Below are positions 36,732 through 46,696 of a DNA stretch of 64,000 nt, one piece after another. A model generated the notes under the pieces. That model was not told the DNA's origin. It saw only the letters and a list, made by a program, of their open reading frames with translations, and did no database searches. Within the stretch, counting starts at the first letter, position 1, and every line of letters begins with the position of its first letter. Source of the stretch: an uncultured Dehalococcoidales bacterium (GTDB lineage: Bacteria > Chloroflexota > Dehalococcoidia > GIF9 > UBA5629); contig CAYTIC010000004.1 of NCBI GenBank assembly GCA_964437795.1, positions 3,475 to 67,474 of the forward strand, written 5' to 3'. The translations under genes were made by a program, and so were the position numbers.

Positions 36732-37925
36732 CTATTTTTTTACGACCGTGGCTGAGCAATTACCCTGTTTGCCGGCATTGACTGTGAAACCTACTTTGGC
36801 TCCATCGACCTGCCTCGGTCCTGAAGCGCCCCTCATCTGCCATGTGAGCTCGCATACCTGTGCCATGGCCTGGGCCGGGATAGCTTCGCCGAAGGAAGCA
36901 CAGCCGCCGCTGGTATTGACCGGCATCCTGCCCCCTATGCCCGTAACGCCTTCCCGCAACAGCTTTTCCGCATCCCCGCGCTTGCATAGTCCGATCTCCT
37001 CATACCAGCCCAGCTCGAAGGCGGAACTGAGGTCATATACTTCCGCCAGGTCCAGGTCTTCGGGCCCGATACCCGCTTCCTCGTAGGCATTTTTAGCCGC
37101 CCGTACACCCATACAGTTATCGAACTCGAGTTCACCTGAATCACTGGCTATATCCAATCCATAGCCTCCGCTTTTGGGATCGGGGTATTTGGGAGTAGCT
37201 ATTCCGACGCTCGCCAACCTCACAGGCTTGCGGGTGTGCTTTTTGGCCGCCTTCATGCTGCTGAGGACGATTGCGGCTGCGCCGTCACTGGTTGCGCACA
37301 GTTCATACAATCGCAGGGGATAAGTTACCATGGGGGATTTGAGCACATCTTCTACGGTAAAAGCTTTTTTAAAGCGCGCCAGGGGATTGAGTGATCCGAA
37401 TTTGCTGTTCTTGACCTTTACCAGGGCAAGGTCGTTTTCGGTCATCCCATAGAGATACATTCTATTTGTAGCCATGAAAGCAAAACCAGTGGGATTTGTC
37501 AGCCCCAGTATCCTGAAACGCTGGGAATCCAGGTCGTTAGGATCATCTTCCCTGGGAGCGGTAACACCAAAAAAACCATCGGGCGAAATGCTGGCTGCGA
37601 CAACAAGGACATAATCGCAAAAGCCCGAGTTGATGTAGGCCTGCGCTGTCTTCAACGCATATCCGCCTGTTGCGCAGGCGTTATATACATTGACTACCGG
37701 TATGCCGTTGTTGCCTATTTTCTGCGATAACCTGCAGCCGGCTAACAGGCCATCGACACCGCTCCAGGGATCCGAACCTGCCACGACAAACTGGATATCT
37801 TTCCACTCCAAGCCGGCATCTTTCAGGGCTTTTTGAGCCACTTCGAGATTCAGCTCCGGAACGCTCTTATCCTTTATTTTTCCCCAGGGATGCATAGCAA
37901 CTCCCAGAATGGCGACTTCATTCAT
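36732..37925 (-). CDS. SCP-x type thiolase (thiolase-like, DUF35-partnered)
   Basis: Thiolase fold without the classical degradative signature; adjacent DUF35 OB-fold partner. Confidence 0.8.
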   Translation of the reverse strand: MNEVAILGVAMHPWGKIKDKSVPELNLEVAQKALKDAGLEWKDIQFVVAGSDPWSGVDGLLAGCRLSQKIGNNGIPVVNVYNACATGGYALKTAQAYINSGFCDYVLVVAASISPDGFFGVTAPREDDPNDLDSQRFRILGLTNPTGFAFMATNRMYLYGMTENDLALVKVKNSKFGSLNPLARFKKAFTVEDVLKSPMVTYPLRLYELCATSDGAAAIVLSSMKAAKKHTRKPVRLASVGIATPKYPDPKSGGYGLDIASDSGELEFDNCMGVRAAKNAYEEAGIGPEDLDLAEVYDLSSAFELGWYEEIGLCKRGDAEKLLREGVTGIGGRMPVNTSGGCASFGEAIPAQAMAQVCELTWQMRGASGPRQVDGAKVGFTVNAGKQGNCSATVVKK

Positions 37926-37966
37926 TATTTCACCTCATTATTTAATGCGGATATTTGGATTGCCCC

Positions 37967-38416
37967 CTATTTGTGAGCAGGCCTGAACTTCCATGCCATG
38001 ACGTCGTTGCCCTGGCTGTCCTCATACAGCTTCTCAATCACGACGTCCATATCCATACCGACCTCCAGATTTTTCTCGTCATAGCCGGAGGAAATCTGGC
38101 CGGTGATGCTGATGCCTTCAGGCAGACTGACCATTCCGACCCCAAAGGGGACGAAAGGATCGGGGGCGTGATACGGCGGTGGCGGCGAAAAATAATTGAC
38201 GGAGTAGGCTTCTAAATTGCCCTTGTTGCTGAGCATTACGGATTCCATGGCCCCATCTTTTTTGCAGTTCGGATTTCGGCATACCTGCGCCGGCGGGAAG
38301 AAATAGCCGCTGCACAAAGAACATTTGCTGGCTATGATGTGAGGCTCCCGGGGTGGCATGGTAAACCAACCCTGGATGGCGGGAACCTGCTGATTCGGTG
38401 CGTCTTTACTGCTCAT
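37967..38416 (-). CDS. DUF35 OB-fold/zinc-ribbon protein (thiolase partner)
   Basis: CSLCSGYFFPPAQVCRNPNC zinc ribbon + OB fold; GGGAGG RBS before ATG 38416. Confidence 0.75.
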   Translation of the reverse strand: MSSKDAPNQQVPAIQGWFTMPPREPHIIASKCSLCSGYFFPPAQVCRNPNCKKDGAMESVMLSNKGNLEAYSVNYFSPPPPYHAPDPFVPFGVGMVSLPEGISITGQISSGYDEKNLEVGMDMDVVIEKLYEDSQGNDVMAWKFRPAHK

Positions 38417-38479
38417 ATACGTCCTCCCTGATCTATATTCCAATGTAGCTAAACACGCATAACAAAAATGTGATCTTTC

Positions 38480-39775
38480 TTATTTCTCGGCCAATAGATA
38501 CTCGTGTTTGACCTTATCCATGTCAGCAATATAAGGCCTGGAAGCCATGAAATAGCACAGGCCGCCCAGGACGCCGCCCAGGGTGGCGATTATCAGTGCA
38601 GTGCCCAGCGCTTGCGCGTCCTGCCCCAGCGCGTTGGAGATGGCGCCGACCAGGTAAGGGCTCCAGCCGCCGCCGAACACGTACATGAAGAAGATCATGG
38701 CGCCCCATACCAGACCTTTCTGGGCTACCGGGGCGACATCCTGCGCCATAGCCATGATGCAGGGGATCGCCATCACGTTTAAAATGCCATAAGTAACGAT
38801 CAAGATCATGCCCATCGGCCCCTTTAACTGTAAAAACAGGGCTGCAGCAAGGAAAAAGGCGCTGAGTATAATGGTGATCGCCGGCACATAGAGCCTGCCC
38901 CTGGGATTTTTCCTGAACCACAGGTCCGCCAGGAATCCGCCCAGCGGCGAACCGATAATGGCAGCCAGGACTATGGGAACAAGTATGCTGTTGGCGGCCT
39001 GCACGTCCACCCCCCAGGCACGTCCGATATAAGCCGGCGACCAGAAGAGGAAGGACATCGACATAATGTTGGCCAGGCCGTAGCCGACGAAGGTCCAGAC
39101 CAGGGTGGGGATTTTAAACAGCCCGACTATTGATCGGCCGAAATCCACCTTAGCACCGGGCGTCTGGTCTGCTTCCACGGTCTTGTAATCTTTCATAAAG
39201 AAGGCCATTACTGCTAGGGCGATGCCCGGTATGGCGAAGATAAAGAACGGCGCCTGCCATCCGTACTGCTTGGCTACAATGCCTCCTGCAAGTGAACCCA
39301 GCGCTATTCCCAGCGGCACCGCCGCGTTGAAGACGCCCATGGCTATGCCGCGCGCCTTTTTGGAGTAAGCTGCGCCGATCATGGCCGCTCCGCCCGGCAC
39401 AAATCCGGCTTCACCCACTCCGACAAGACTGCGAGGGATCAGGAAGCTCCAGAAGTTCCAGGCAAATCCATTGGCGGCCGTGAACATGCTCCAGAGCAGC
39501 GCCATTATGCCGACAGCCTTGCGCCTGCTCCAGCGGTCTATCAGATAGGAAATGGGAAAAGAGAAGACCGCGATGCTCAAAAGGAATACCGTCCCGAGGA
39601 TACCCATCTCACTGTCATTAAGCCCCAGGGCGGCTTTCATGGGCTCTACAACGGCGGCCACGACCTGCCGGTCCATGAAGTTGACCATCAGGAGGAGAGT
39701 ACAGATTATTAGAATATATAGTTTTCCTCCCGCTCCGGCCTTATACTCTTTGGGCGCGCCTCTATCTGTCGACAC
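38480..39775 (-). CDS. MFS transporter (paralog; GTG start)
   Basis: AAGGAGGTG RBS; N-terminus aligns with MFS 6229. Confidence 0.8.
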   Translation of the reverse strand: MSTDRGAPKEYKAGAGGKLYILIICTLLLMVNFMDRQVVAAVVEPMKAALGLNDSEMGILGTVFLLSIAVFSFPISYLIDRWSRRKAVGIMALLWSMFTAANGFAWNFWSFLIPRSLVGVGEAGFVPGGAAMIGAAYSKKARGIAMGVFNAAVPLGIALGSLAGGIVAKQYGWQAPFFIFAIPGIALAVMAFFMKDYKTVEADQTPGAKVDFGRSIVGLFKIPTLVWTFVGYGLANIMSMSFLFWSPAYIGRAWGVDVQAANSILVPIVLAAIIGSPLGGFLADLWFRKNPRGRLYVPAITIILSAFFLAAALFLQLKGPMGMILIVTYGILNVMAIPCIMAMAQDVAPVAQKGLVWGAMIFFMYVFGGGWSPYLVGAISNALGQDAQALGTALIIATLGGVLGGLCYFMASRPYIADMDKVKHEYLLAEK

Positions 39776-39832
39776 TGACCACCTCCTTTTTAACGGGCTG
39801 TTATCATATCTTCCTGCCGATTACTATTCTTT

Positions 39833-41191
39833 TTACCAGTCCAGGCCTTTGGATTTGCGGACTTTCCTGTAATGGTCCATGGTCTGTTCGAAGGCCTCTG
39901 CCCTTGCCAGTACCTCCTGGGGATTGAAGACGCGCTTGTCGATGATATCGCCCTCGACCCACAGGCTTGGAACGTCCAATTTCTTGTGGAGGAAATCTTG
40001 TATTGGTCTCAGATTGGAACTGGCTGCACGGCAGGAGATGAGCGGGTGCAGGAAAAAGCCATCGGCACGGTATCCCCTGGCATAATTCAGATAGCACGCT
40101 ACGATGGGATTATTGATGCCGTTCTTCCTGGCATGCTGATGTATATTGAATACGAAATTACGAGAGAGGCGTGCCAGCTTCTCCACTGGATCGCTGATCC
40201 TGCTCAAGTCCGGCGGTTTGGGAGCGTGATAGCCGTAACCCTCGAAGACGAAATTCCAGCCTTTTTCGGCCAGGGCGTCGAAGAACCTGAGGCTGTGCCA
40301 GGGAGGAAGCTCGGCGAAGATCAACCGATATCTTTCGGGATAGTTGATAGCCGCTTCTTTGTTTTTTATCCTCTCCTGTATCTCGGTCAGCATGTCCTGG
40401 TACAGATTGAGCGCTACCTTCATATCGCCGGCGAAGAAAAGCGACGGCGGCATGCTGCTCCAGAAGTCCGTGCTGTGCATGGGCCCGGGTACGGCCTTGC
40501 GGGCCTCGCTGATCAGGGAAACGGTTTCGTGGATCTGAATTGCCAGGCCGATAAGCTCTTCGAACCTGTTCCAGTCCATCTTTTTCTTGAAAAGTTTCTC
40601 CAGGAAAGAGATGTAATCGTTGAGCTCTTTAACCAGAAATTTCACCTGGTACCCTTCGAGATCCTCCTCCGAGCCCTCGGCAGTTCCCATCACCGGCATC
40701 TCAAGGCACCATTGCGGGGCGTCGAAGTACCTGGCCAGCGCCTGAAACCACTTAAAGCGCGCATCGCAAAAGATGCCCGAGCCGAGCAATAGCGATGGCC
40801 TGGCCATGCCGCCCAGCGGGGCATCGGGGGGTATCTTGCCGCCGTTTTCCTTCATCATGCGGTAGGAATAGCCGATCGTGGCCCTGCCGTATCCGCACAT
40901 ATGTGTGGGGAAGCCGTCCGAATCCGAGGCATCGAGGAACGGCTCGGCCGTGCCGGAAGCCGCCAGCAGCGTTGCGTAATTCTCAGGATAGATTATGTTG
41001 AGGTCCATGGCCTTGAGGGGTATATCGCCTTCGAATATAGTGAGCATGGACCATACGGTCGGTTTGCCCTCTTTGCTGGCCTGGAGCGTATTAACATAGT
41101 CCTGCTGTACCAGGTTGCGCAGCGGGTACATGCTCTTCAGCCGGTTTATGGCCCTCTTACCGGTTTTAACCGTAGTTTCTGGTTCACTCAT
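39833..41191 (-). CDS. HGD-D family subunit (benzoyl-CoA reductase B/C / 2-hydroxyacyl-CoA dehydratase component), extra paralog
   Basis: About 80-90% identical to ORF 46697-48058, including identical DNA stretches. Confidence 0.8.
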   Translation of the reverse strand: MSEPETTVKTGKRAINRLKSMYPLRNLVQQDYVNTLQASKEGKPTVWSMLTIFEGDIPLKAMDLNIIYPENYATLLAASGTAEPFLDASDSDGFPTHMCGYGRATIGYSYRMMKENGGKIPPDAPLGGMARPSLLLGSGIFCDARFKWFQALARYFDAPQWCLEMPVMGTAEGSEEDLEGYQVKFLVKELNDYISFLEKLFKKKMDWNRFEELIGLAIQIHETVSLISEARKAVPGPMHSTDFWSSMPPSLFFAGDMKVALNLYQDMLTEIQERIKNKEAAINYPERYRLIFAELPPWHSLRFFDALAEKGWNFVFEGYGYHAPKPPDLSRISDPVEKLARLSRNFVFNIHQHARKNGINNPIVACYLNYARGYRADGFFLHPLISCRAASSNLRPIQDFLHKKLDVPSLWVEGDIIDKRVFNPQEVLARAEAFEQTMDHYRKVRKSKGLDW

Positions 41192-41298
41192 AAAATACAC
41201 TCCCTGCGGAGAAAAGAATTCTCCAGGCGAGAAAGCTGCTGCTCACAGCGCGCAGTGAATATAAAAGCGGATAAAAGACGTAGCTTCTATATCGGCTG

Positions 41299-42858
41299 CT
41301 ATATTATTCTGTTATCTTTGCCCTCCCAGTATTTTTCCTTGACCAGGCGGCGTAATATCTTGCCTGTGGGAGTCATGGGCAGCTCTGTGACGAAGTCCAC
41401 CGTGCGCGGACGTTTATAGCCGGCCAGCTTTCCCTTGGTGAACTCGACGATCTCTTCCTGTGTAGCGCGCATCCCGTCCTTCAGCAGGACCACCGCCTTG
41501 ACCGACTCACCCCAGAATTCATCCGGTACGCCGACGATGGCGACCTCTCTGACGGAAGGATGTGTATAAATGACGTTCTCAACTTCAGTTGGGTAGATGT
41601 TCTCACCGCCGGAGATTATCATGTCGTTTTTACGGTCTACCAGGTACAGGTAATTTTCCTCATCGACATATCCCATATCGCCTACAGCACACCATTCGCC
41701 GCGGAAGGCGGCCTTGGTGGCCTGGGGGTTCTTTAAATACTCTTTAAAAATGTTAATGCCGCGGGTATATATCTCACCTATCTCCCTGGCTGCCATCTCC
41801 TTTCCTTCGGGGTCCAGGATCTTGATCTGCTTTCCGAAAACGGCCTGCCCCACCGATTTCATCTTCCTGATCTGGTCCTCGGGACGCAAAGCAGTTACCA
41901 CCCCCGTCTCTGTGGCGCCGTAGCCTTCGTAAAGCTTGGCGTTCTTAAAAAAGGACAGTATCTCGGTCTTGGTTTTGGCCGATATCGGCGCAGAGGAGGA
42001 GAGCAGAGTTGTCATACTCGAGACATCGTATTTGTTGCGTACCTCTTCGGGTAAAGCCAGGATAATGTTGTACATAGTCGGCACCATGCTGGAGATATTC
42101 ACCTTATACTTATCGATTATCTGCAGGATCTCCTCGCCGTTGAATCCGCGCAGGTGATATATGTGGATGGTCATACCGCTGAGGAACGAGGCCATGACAT
42201 TATTGATGGAATTTGAATGGAAGGTGGGCATGACGATAAGGTTGACCATATATGAGGTTACGAATTCAATATTCATTACCACTGCAGTCTCAACGCCCGT
42301 TTTGTGCAGGGTGACCGCCCCTTTTGGGAAGCCGGTTGTGCCTGATGTATAGCCGATGCACAGGATGTCCTCCGGAACGATTTTAACATCGGGCTCTTCC
42401 GCGGAGCCTTCTTTTACCAGGTCCTGATAAAGGCCGCCCGCATCGCGGAATTTTTTACTCCCCACTACCCAGTATTTATCAACCGGTATTTGTTTGATAT
42501 CCTTAGCCGCTATTTCCATGGTCGGGATGAATTCTTCTCCCAGTATCATGGCGCAGGCATCGGAGTTCTCGACGACAAACTTGATCTCCGGCGCCTGGAA
42601 GCGCCAGTTCACGGGAACCATGATAATACCGGTTTTGGAGCAGGCCATAATTAACTCGACGAACTGATAGCAGTTCATGAGCAATATCCCCAGCCTGTCT
42701 CCCTTCTTTAATCCGCTGGCAAGCAGATTGTTGGCAATGCGGTTAACCCGGCGGTTGAATTCCTCGTATGTAAAAGAGGCATCGTCACCGACGATAGCAT
42801 TGCGCTTGGGATACCTGTTGACACTGTTGAGCAGAAGTTCGCCTACTACCAGATTCAT
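41299..42858 (-). CDS. AMP-dependent acyl-/aryl-CoA ligase
   Basis: YTSGTTGFPKG AMP-binding motif; AGGAGGAGG RBS. Confidence 0.85.
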   Translation of the reverse strand: MNLVVGELLLNSVNRYPKRNAIVGDDASFTYEEFNRRVNRIANNLLASGLKKGDRLGILLMNCYQFVELIMACSKTGIIMVPVNWRFQAPEIKFVVENSDACAMILGEEFIPTMEIAAKDIKQIPVDKYWVVGSKKFRDAGGLYQDLVKEGSAEEPDVKIVPEDILCIGYTSGTTGFPKGAVTLHKTGVETAVVMNIEFVTSYMVNLIVMPTFHSNSINNVMASFLSGMTIHIYHLRGFNGEEILQIIDKYKVNISSMVPTMYNIILALPEEVRNKYDVSSMTTLLSSSAPISAKTKTEILSFFKNAKLYEGYGATETGVVTALRPEDQIRKMKSVGQAVFGKQIKILDPEGKEMAAREIGEIYTRGINIFKEYLKNPQATKAAFRGEWCAVGDMGYVDEENYLYLVDRKNDMIISGGENIYPTEVENVIYTHPSVREVAIVGVPDEFWGESVKAVVLLKDGMRATQEEIVEFTKGKLAGYKRPRTVDFVTELPMTPTGKILRRLVKEKYWEGKDNRII

Positions 42859-42926
42859 ATTTGTCCTCCTCCTAAATTGTGTGAATAAAATGATCGGAAT
42901 TTGAGCCGGATTTCGCGTCGCCGATG

Positions 42927-43490
42927 TTATTTCTGTTTTTTACTATCAGTCGATTCATCAAAATCGGTGATTACTTGTATAGTGCTCTCTGTCCACTCCA
43001 ATAAAGCTTCGTACTGTGCAAGGACCCTGTCCACAACCAGCGTCCAGTAAAGCTTATCCAACGGTGCTGCCAATCCCCACAGATCTGATTCAATGGCGGG
43101 CTTGGCCATTGACTTATATTTCTCAATCTCGCCTTTCAATTTCTTAGAATATTTCTTAATGTTGTTAATCATGTCTTTTTTTGGTGCGCGGCTTCCATAC
43201 CATAGCTTTAATAGAAGTGTTTCACGCGGGACAACAAATTCAGGAGGCTCTTTGAGCCATCTCGTCAATTCCGTTTTACCCTTATCGGTGATGGTAAATA
43301 CGTTTTTGTATGGAAGCTTCTCCTGGTCGACCCTTTCACATTCGATTAATCCTTCCTCAGTCAGCATGTTCAATTTGCGATAAATCTGACTCTGGGAGGG
43401 CCGCAGGGGTTCGAAAAACATTTTTGATAAATCGTAACCTGTTTTCGGCCCGTAACTTAAAAATCCCAGTAGACCGTATTTCAATGACAT
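42927..43490 (-). CDS. PadR family transcriptional regulator (with C-terminal extension)
   Basis: N-terminal wHTH typical of PadR (GLLGFLSYGPKTGYDLSK…). Confidence 0.8.
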   Translation of the reverse strand: MSLKYGLLGFLSYGPKTGYDLSKMFFEPLRPSQSQIYRKLNMLTEEGLIECERVDQEKLPYKNVFTITDKGKTELTRWLKEPPEFVVPRETLLLKLWYGSRAPKKDMINNIKKYSKKLKGEIEKYKSMAKPAIESDLWGLAAPLDKLYWTLVVDRVLAQYEALLEWTESTIQVITDFDESTDSKKQK

Positions 43491-43756
43491 AACAATAAGC
43501 CCCTATAACTAACTCATTTATTAGCGAATGGCATCCGCCCAGGGGGATATATGCCCAGGTCAATATACGCCGGGGCATAAGATAACATATGGTTGAAATG
43601 CTTGTCAACCCCAATTATTTCGAAATAAAAGGGTGATTAAGAGAGGTGTTAATCAGGTGCTTGTCATGAATATGGAATGGAGCATCCCGTTCATAGTTGG
43701 GACAAACTACATATTGAGAGGAAAGAAAAGTTCATGGAAAATGGGCGTGTCCGGTA

Positions 43757-44536
43757 TCAGCTGGAATGGTTTTTTGCGATAACTGCCGCTCCCAGTGCGG
43801 CCATGAGGCGTGGGTTGTCGGGCACCAGGGCTTTGACGGCGAGCTTTTCTTCGATGGCCTGCACCAGGCCGATATCGAGCGCCCCGCCGCCGATGACGGC
43901 AAAATCCTTCTCCAGGGCAACACCGCGTGACATGCCGCTGATCTTATCGGCGATAGAACGATGTATGCCGGACAGAATGTCCTCGGGTTTATCGCCCTGA
44001 GAGATGCGGGTGATGACCTCGGTTTCCAGGAACACCGTGCATGAGGTGGAGAAGCTGGAAGGCCTGGTAGACTTTAGCGAGAGCGGCCCGATCTCATCGA
44101 TGCCGATCTGCAGTATGCGGGCCACGACCTGCAGCAGGCGGGCGCTGCCGGTGGCGCATATCTCGGAGACATTGAAGTTAATTACGTGCCCTTCGCCGTC
44201 CATGGTAATCACCTGGCTGCCCTGTCCGCCGATATCGATGATTGTGCGAACAGTGGGGAAAGTCAGGTTGACGCCCCGGGCATCGCAGATGATCACGCCG
44301 TGATAGCTGTCGGCGTTGGCGTTTCTCCCTCCAATGCCGGTAGCTGCGCTGGCTGTAATGGCGGAAGGTTGAAGGCCGGCCCGTTTGAGGGCTTCAGCTT
44401 TGACGGCCGCAGATGTCGTGGCATAGTTGGTGCCGGAGGGTATCACAATAGAACCCACGATGTTCTTCCGGCCGTCTATTATGACGGCTTTGCTGGCGGC
44501 CGCACCGATGTCTATGCCGAGGTAGAATTCAGTCAT
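43757..44536 (-). CDS. BcrAD/BadFG/HgdC-family ATPase (activator/electron-transfer subunit)
   Basis: Acetate/sugar-kinase ASKHA fold (LGIDIGAAASKAV…). Confidence 0.8.
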   Translation of the reverse strand: MTEFYLGIDIGAAASKAVIIDGRKNIVGSIVIPSGTNYATTSAAVKAEALKRAGLQPSAITASAATGIGGRNANADSYHGVIICDARGVNLTFPTVRTIIDIGGQGSQVITMDGEGHVINFNVSEICATGSARLLQVVARILQIGIDEIGPLSLKSTRPSSFSTSCTVFLETEVITRISQGDKPEDILSGIHRSIADKISGMSRGVALEKDFAVIGGGALDIGLVQAIEEKLAVKALVPDNPRLMAALGAAVIAKNHSS

Positions 44537-44592
44537 TTTCAATATCCGTCGAGTCTGTCATTTTGCTTATGTGCAGCATAAAAGGTTGCGCC

Positions 44593-45474
44593 TTACGCGG
44601 CCGGCTTTTTCTCCGTGAATTCAATATATGCTTCGCTGAGCTGTTTTTTCTCCATTTTGTAGCGGCCGTCCTGCACCAGTTTAAAGGCCTCGTCTCTTGC
44701 CAGTATGGCGGCGCCCAGGGCGCCGGTGATGAGCGGTTCCTCCGGCACAAGCACCGGCATGCCCAGCACGGTCTCCATGGCTTTGACCATGCCAGCATTC
44801 TTGGCCACCCCACCTGTAAAGACTACGGGCGGCTCGACTTTGAGCTGCCGGGCCAGCTTGACCACACGGGTGGTAACGGCTATGTAGACGCCGGCCAGTA
44901 TATCCGGCAGCGGCTGACCCTCGGAGAGACGCGAGATGATCTCCTGCTGGGCGAAGATAGTGCAAAGGCTGTTTATCTTAACGGGCGTATCGCTCTGCAA
45001 CGATACCTGCCCCATCTCGTTAAGCCCCAGCCCCAGCGTCTCAGCAGCCACCTCCAGGAACCTGCCGGTGCCGGCTGCGCACTTATCGTTGGTAAGGAAG
45101 TCGGTCAGCCGGCCTCCCTTGATCTTGAGTACCTTGGCGTCCTGGCCGCCGATGTCGATGGCGGTGCGAACGTCGGGGAAAAGCGAGGAAACTCCTTTAG
45201 CGTGGCAGGTGAGCTCGGTGACCTGTTTGTCGGCGAATGGAACATTGACACGGCCGTAGCCCGTGGAGATGATATAGGCTATTTGATCGAGCGTGACACC
45301 GGATTTAATGAGCACGTCCTCCATAACCCGGTTGGCGCGCCGGCGGTGCTCGGCGCCGGTCTGGCCGACCACGTAGCCGAGCATCTGTCCTGCGGCGTCT
45401 ACCACAGCTGCCTTGGACATGGTAGAGCCGATATCGATGCCGGCGAAAAAGAGTTTAGAAGCTTCGTATTCCAT
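44593..45474 (-). CDS. BcrAD/BadFG/HgdC-family ATPase, second copy
   Basis: FAGIDIGSTMSKAAV… ASKHA fold; paired with the previous ATPase. Confidence 0.8.
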   Translation of the reverse strand: MEYEASKLFFAGIDIGSTMSKAAVVDAAGQMLGYVVGQTGAEHRRRANRVMEDVLIKSGVTLDQIAYIISTGYGRVNVPFADKQVTELTCHAKGVSSLFPDVRTAIDIGGQDAKVLKIKGGRLTDFLTNDKCAAGTGRFLEVAAETLGLGLNEMGQVSLQSDTPVKINSLCTIFAQQEIISRLSEGQPLPDILAGVYIAVTTRVVKLARQLKVEPPVVFTGGVAKNAGMVKAMETVLGMPVLVPEEPLITGALGAAILARDEAFKLVQDGRYKMEKKQLSEAYIEFTEKKPAA

Positions 45475-45493
45475 GCGGGACTGCTGCTTTACC

Positions 45494-46666
45494 TCAGCCC
45501 AGGGTCTCCACGAAGGCCTCTACCCTCGTCTTGATAGGGGCCAGCGACCGCTCGCTGTAGTCATGCTCGATGTATATGCTGGGTATGCCCAGAGTATCAA
45601 GGTAGTGCCGCAGGTTGGGCACCTCGTATCCGTGCGTATCGCAGTATTTGACGCTCTGCAGTATGGCCCCGTTCACGTGCCAGTCGGTAATGGCCTTCTT
45701 GATATAGTTAAACCTGCTGTCGAGGTCCTTATCATAGTTCCTGGCAGTCTCATGGTGTTCAGTGTCACGATAGGTGCGCGGGCATTTGAGATCGACCAGG
45801 TATCTCTGTGCCAGGGCGTGCAGGTTGTAAGGGGCCTTAACGTCTGCCCAGAAGGCCCTGGTGCCGACGCAGGTGTCATCGACCACAACGCTGGCATTAG
45901 CGCTCTCTATGAGCTCGTAAAGCGACGTGTTGTCGAAAACAGGTCCCCACACCAGCAGGCGCGCCTTTTTCTTGGACGGCTTTATGCTTCGTCCCTTGAT
46001 CTCCTTGATGACGTCTTCCAGGAGCTCGTTGCCCTCATCCACGGGCAGGCTGAAAAGCGCTACCAGCACCTCGATATTTTCCATCGATGTCATGAGGGGC
46101 GGGTCTGATTTTCGCAGGTCGTAGAGCTCCCTTACAAGCTTACGTTGTTTATTGTGCAGCTCGCAGGCTTTTTTCAGCTTATCATCGGTCAGCTTTTCAC
46201 CGGCGAACTCCTCGAGGTGGCGTTTGAAGGAATTAATCTGGCCCTCGAAATAGTCGACAGCCGGCGCATGGTCGGTGTGCGGCACATCTATCAGGTGAGT
46301 GAAGGGCGCATCCTTGACATAATCACGCCACGATATGACCAGGGTCATGCCGATATCGCAGGTATGCGCTCCGACGATGCCGTCCAGGAAGTTAAATTTA
46401 CCTTTCATACCGAGGTCGATGATGCTGCGCAGGAACGGGCAGACCACCGTGGTTGATACCTGGTCGGCCGCTGTGATGGGCTCGCTCATATCACCGAAGA
46501 CGCGGAAAGGCACCATGCCCAGCGCGCTGATAATCTCGACAGGCGGGTAGAGGCAAATATAGCCGATGACCTTCTTGCCGGCCTTGCGCAGCTCGCGCAC
46601 GCGCATCCCCCTGTCCGCGTAGAGTTCGTGTGCCCTGGAAAGCCCCTTAGTTGTAGCTATTACCAT
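45494..46666 (-). CDS. HGD-D family subunit (BcrC/BadD/HgdB-like)
   Basis: HGD-D family sequence, Cys-containing. Confidence 0.8.
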   Translation of the reverse strand: MVIATTKGLSRAHELYADRGMRVRELRKAGKKVIGYICLYPPVEIISALGMVPFRVFGDMSEPITAADQVSTTVVCPFLRSIIDLGMKGKFNFLDGIVGAHTCDIGMTLVISWRDYVKDAPFTHLIDVPHTDHAPAVDYFEGQINSFKRHLEEFAGEKLTDDKLKKACELHNKQRKLVRELYDLRKSDPPLMTSMENIEVLVALFSLPVDEGNELLEDVIKEIKGRSIKPSKKKARLLVWGPVFDNTSLYELIESANASVVVDDTCVGTRAFWADVKAPYNLHALAQRYLVDLKCPRTYRDTEHHETARNYDKDLDSRFNYIKKAITDWHVNGAILQSVKYCDTHGYEVPNLRHYLDTLGIPSIYIEHDYSERSLAPIKTRVEAFVETLG

Positions 46667-46696
46667 CTCAATCTCCCGGTTTTTATTATTCTTCGT

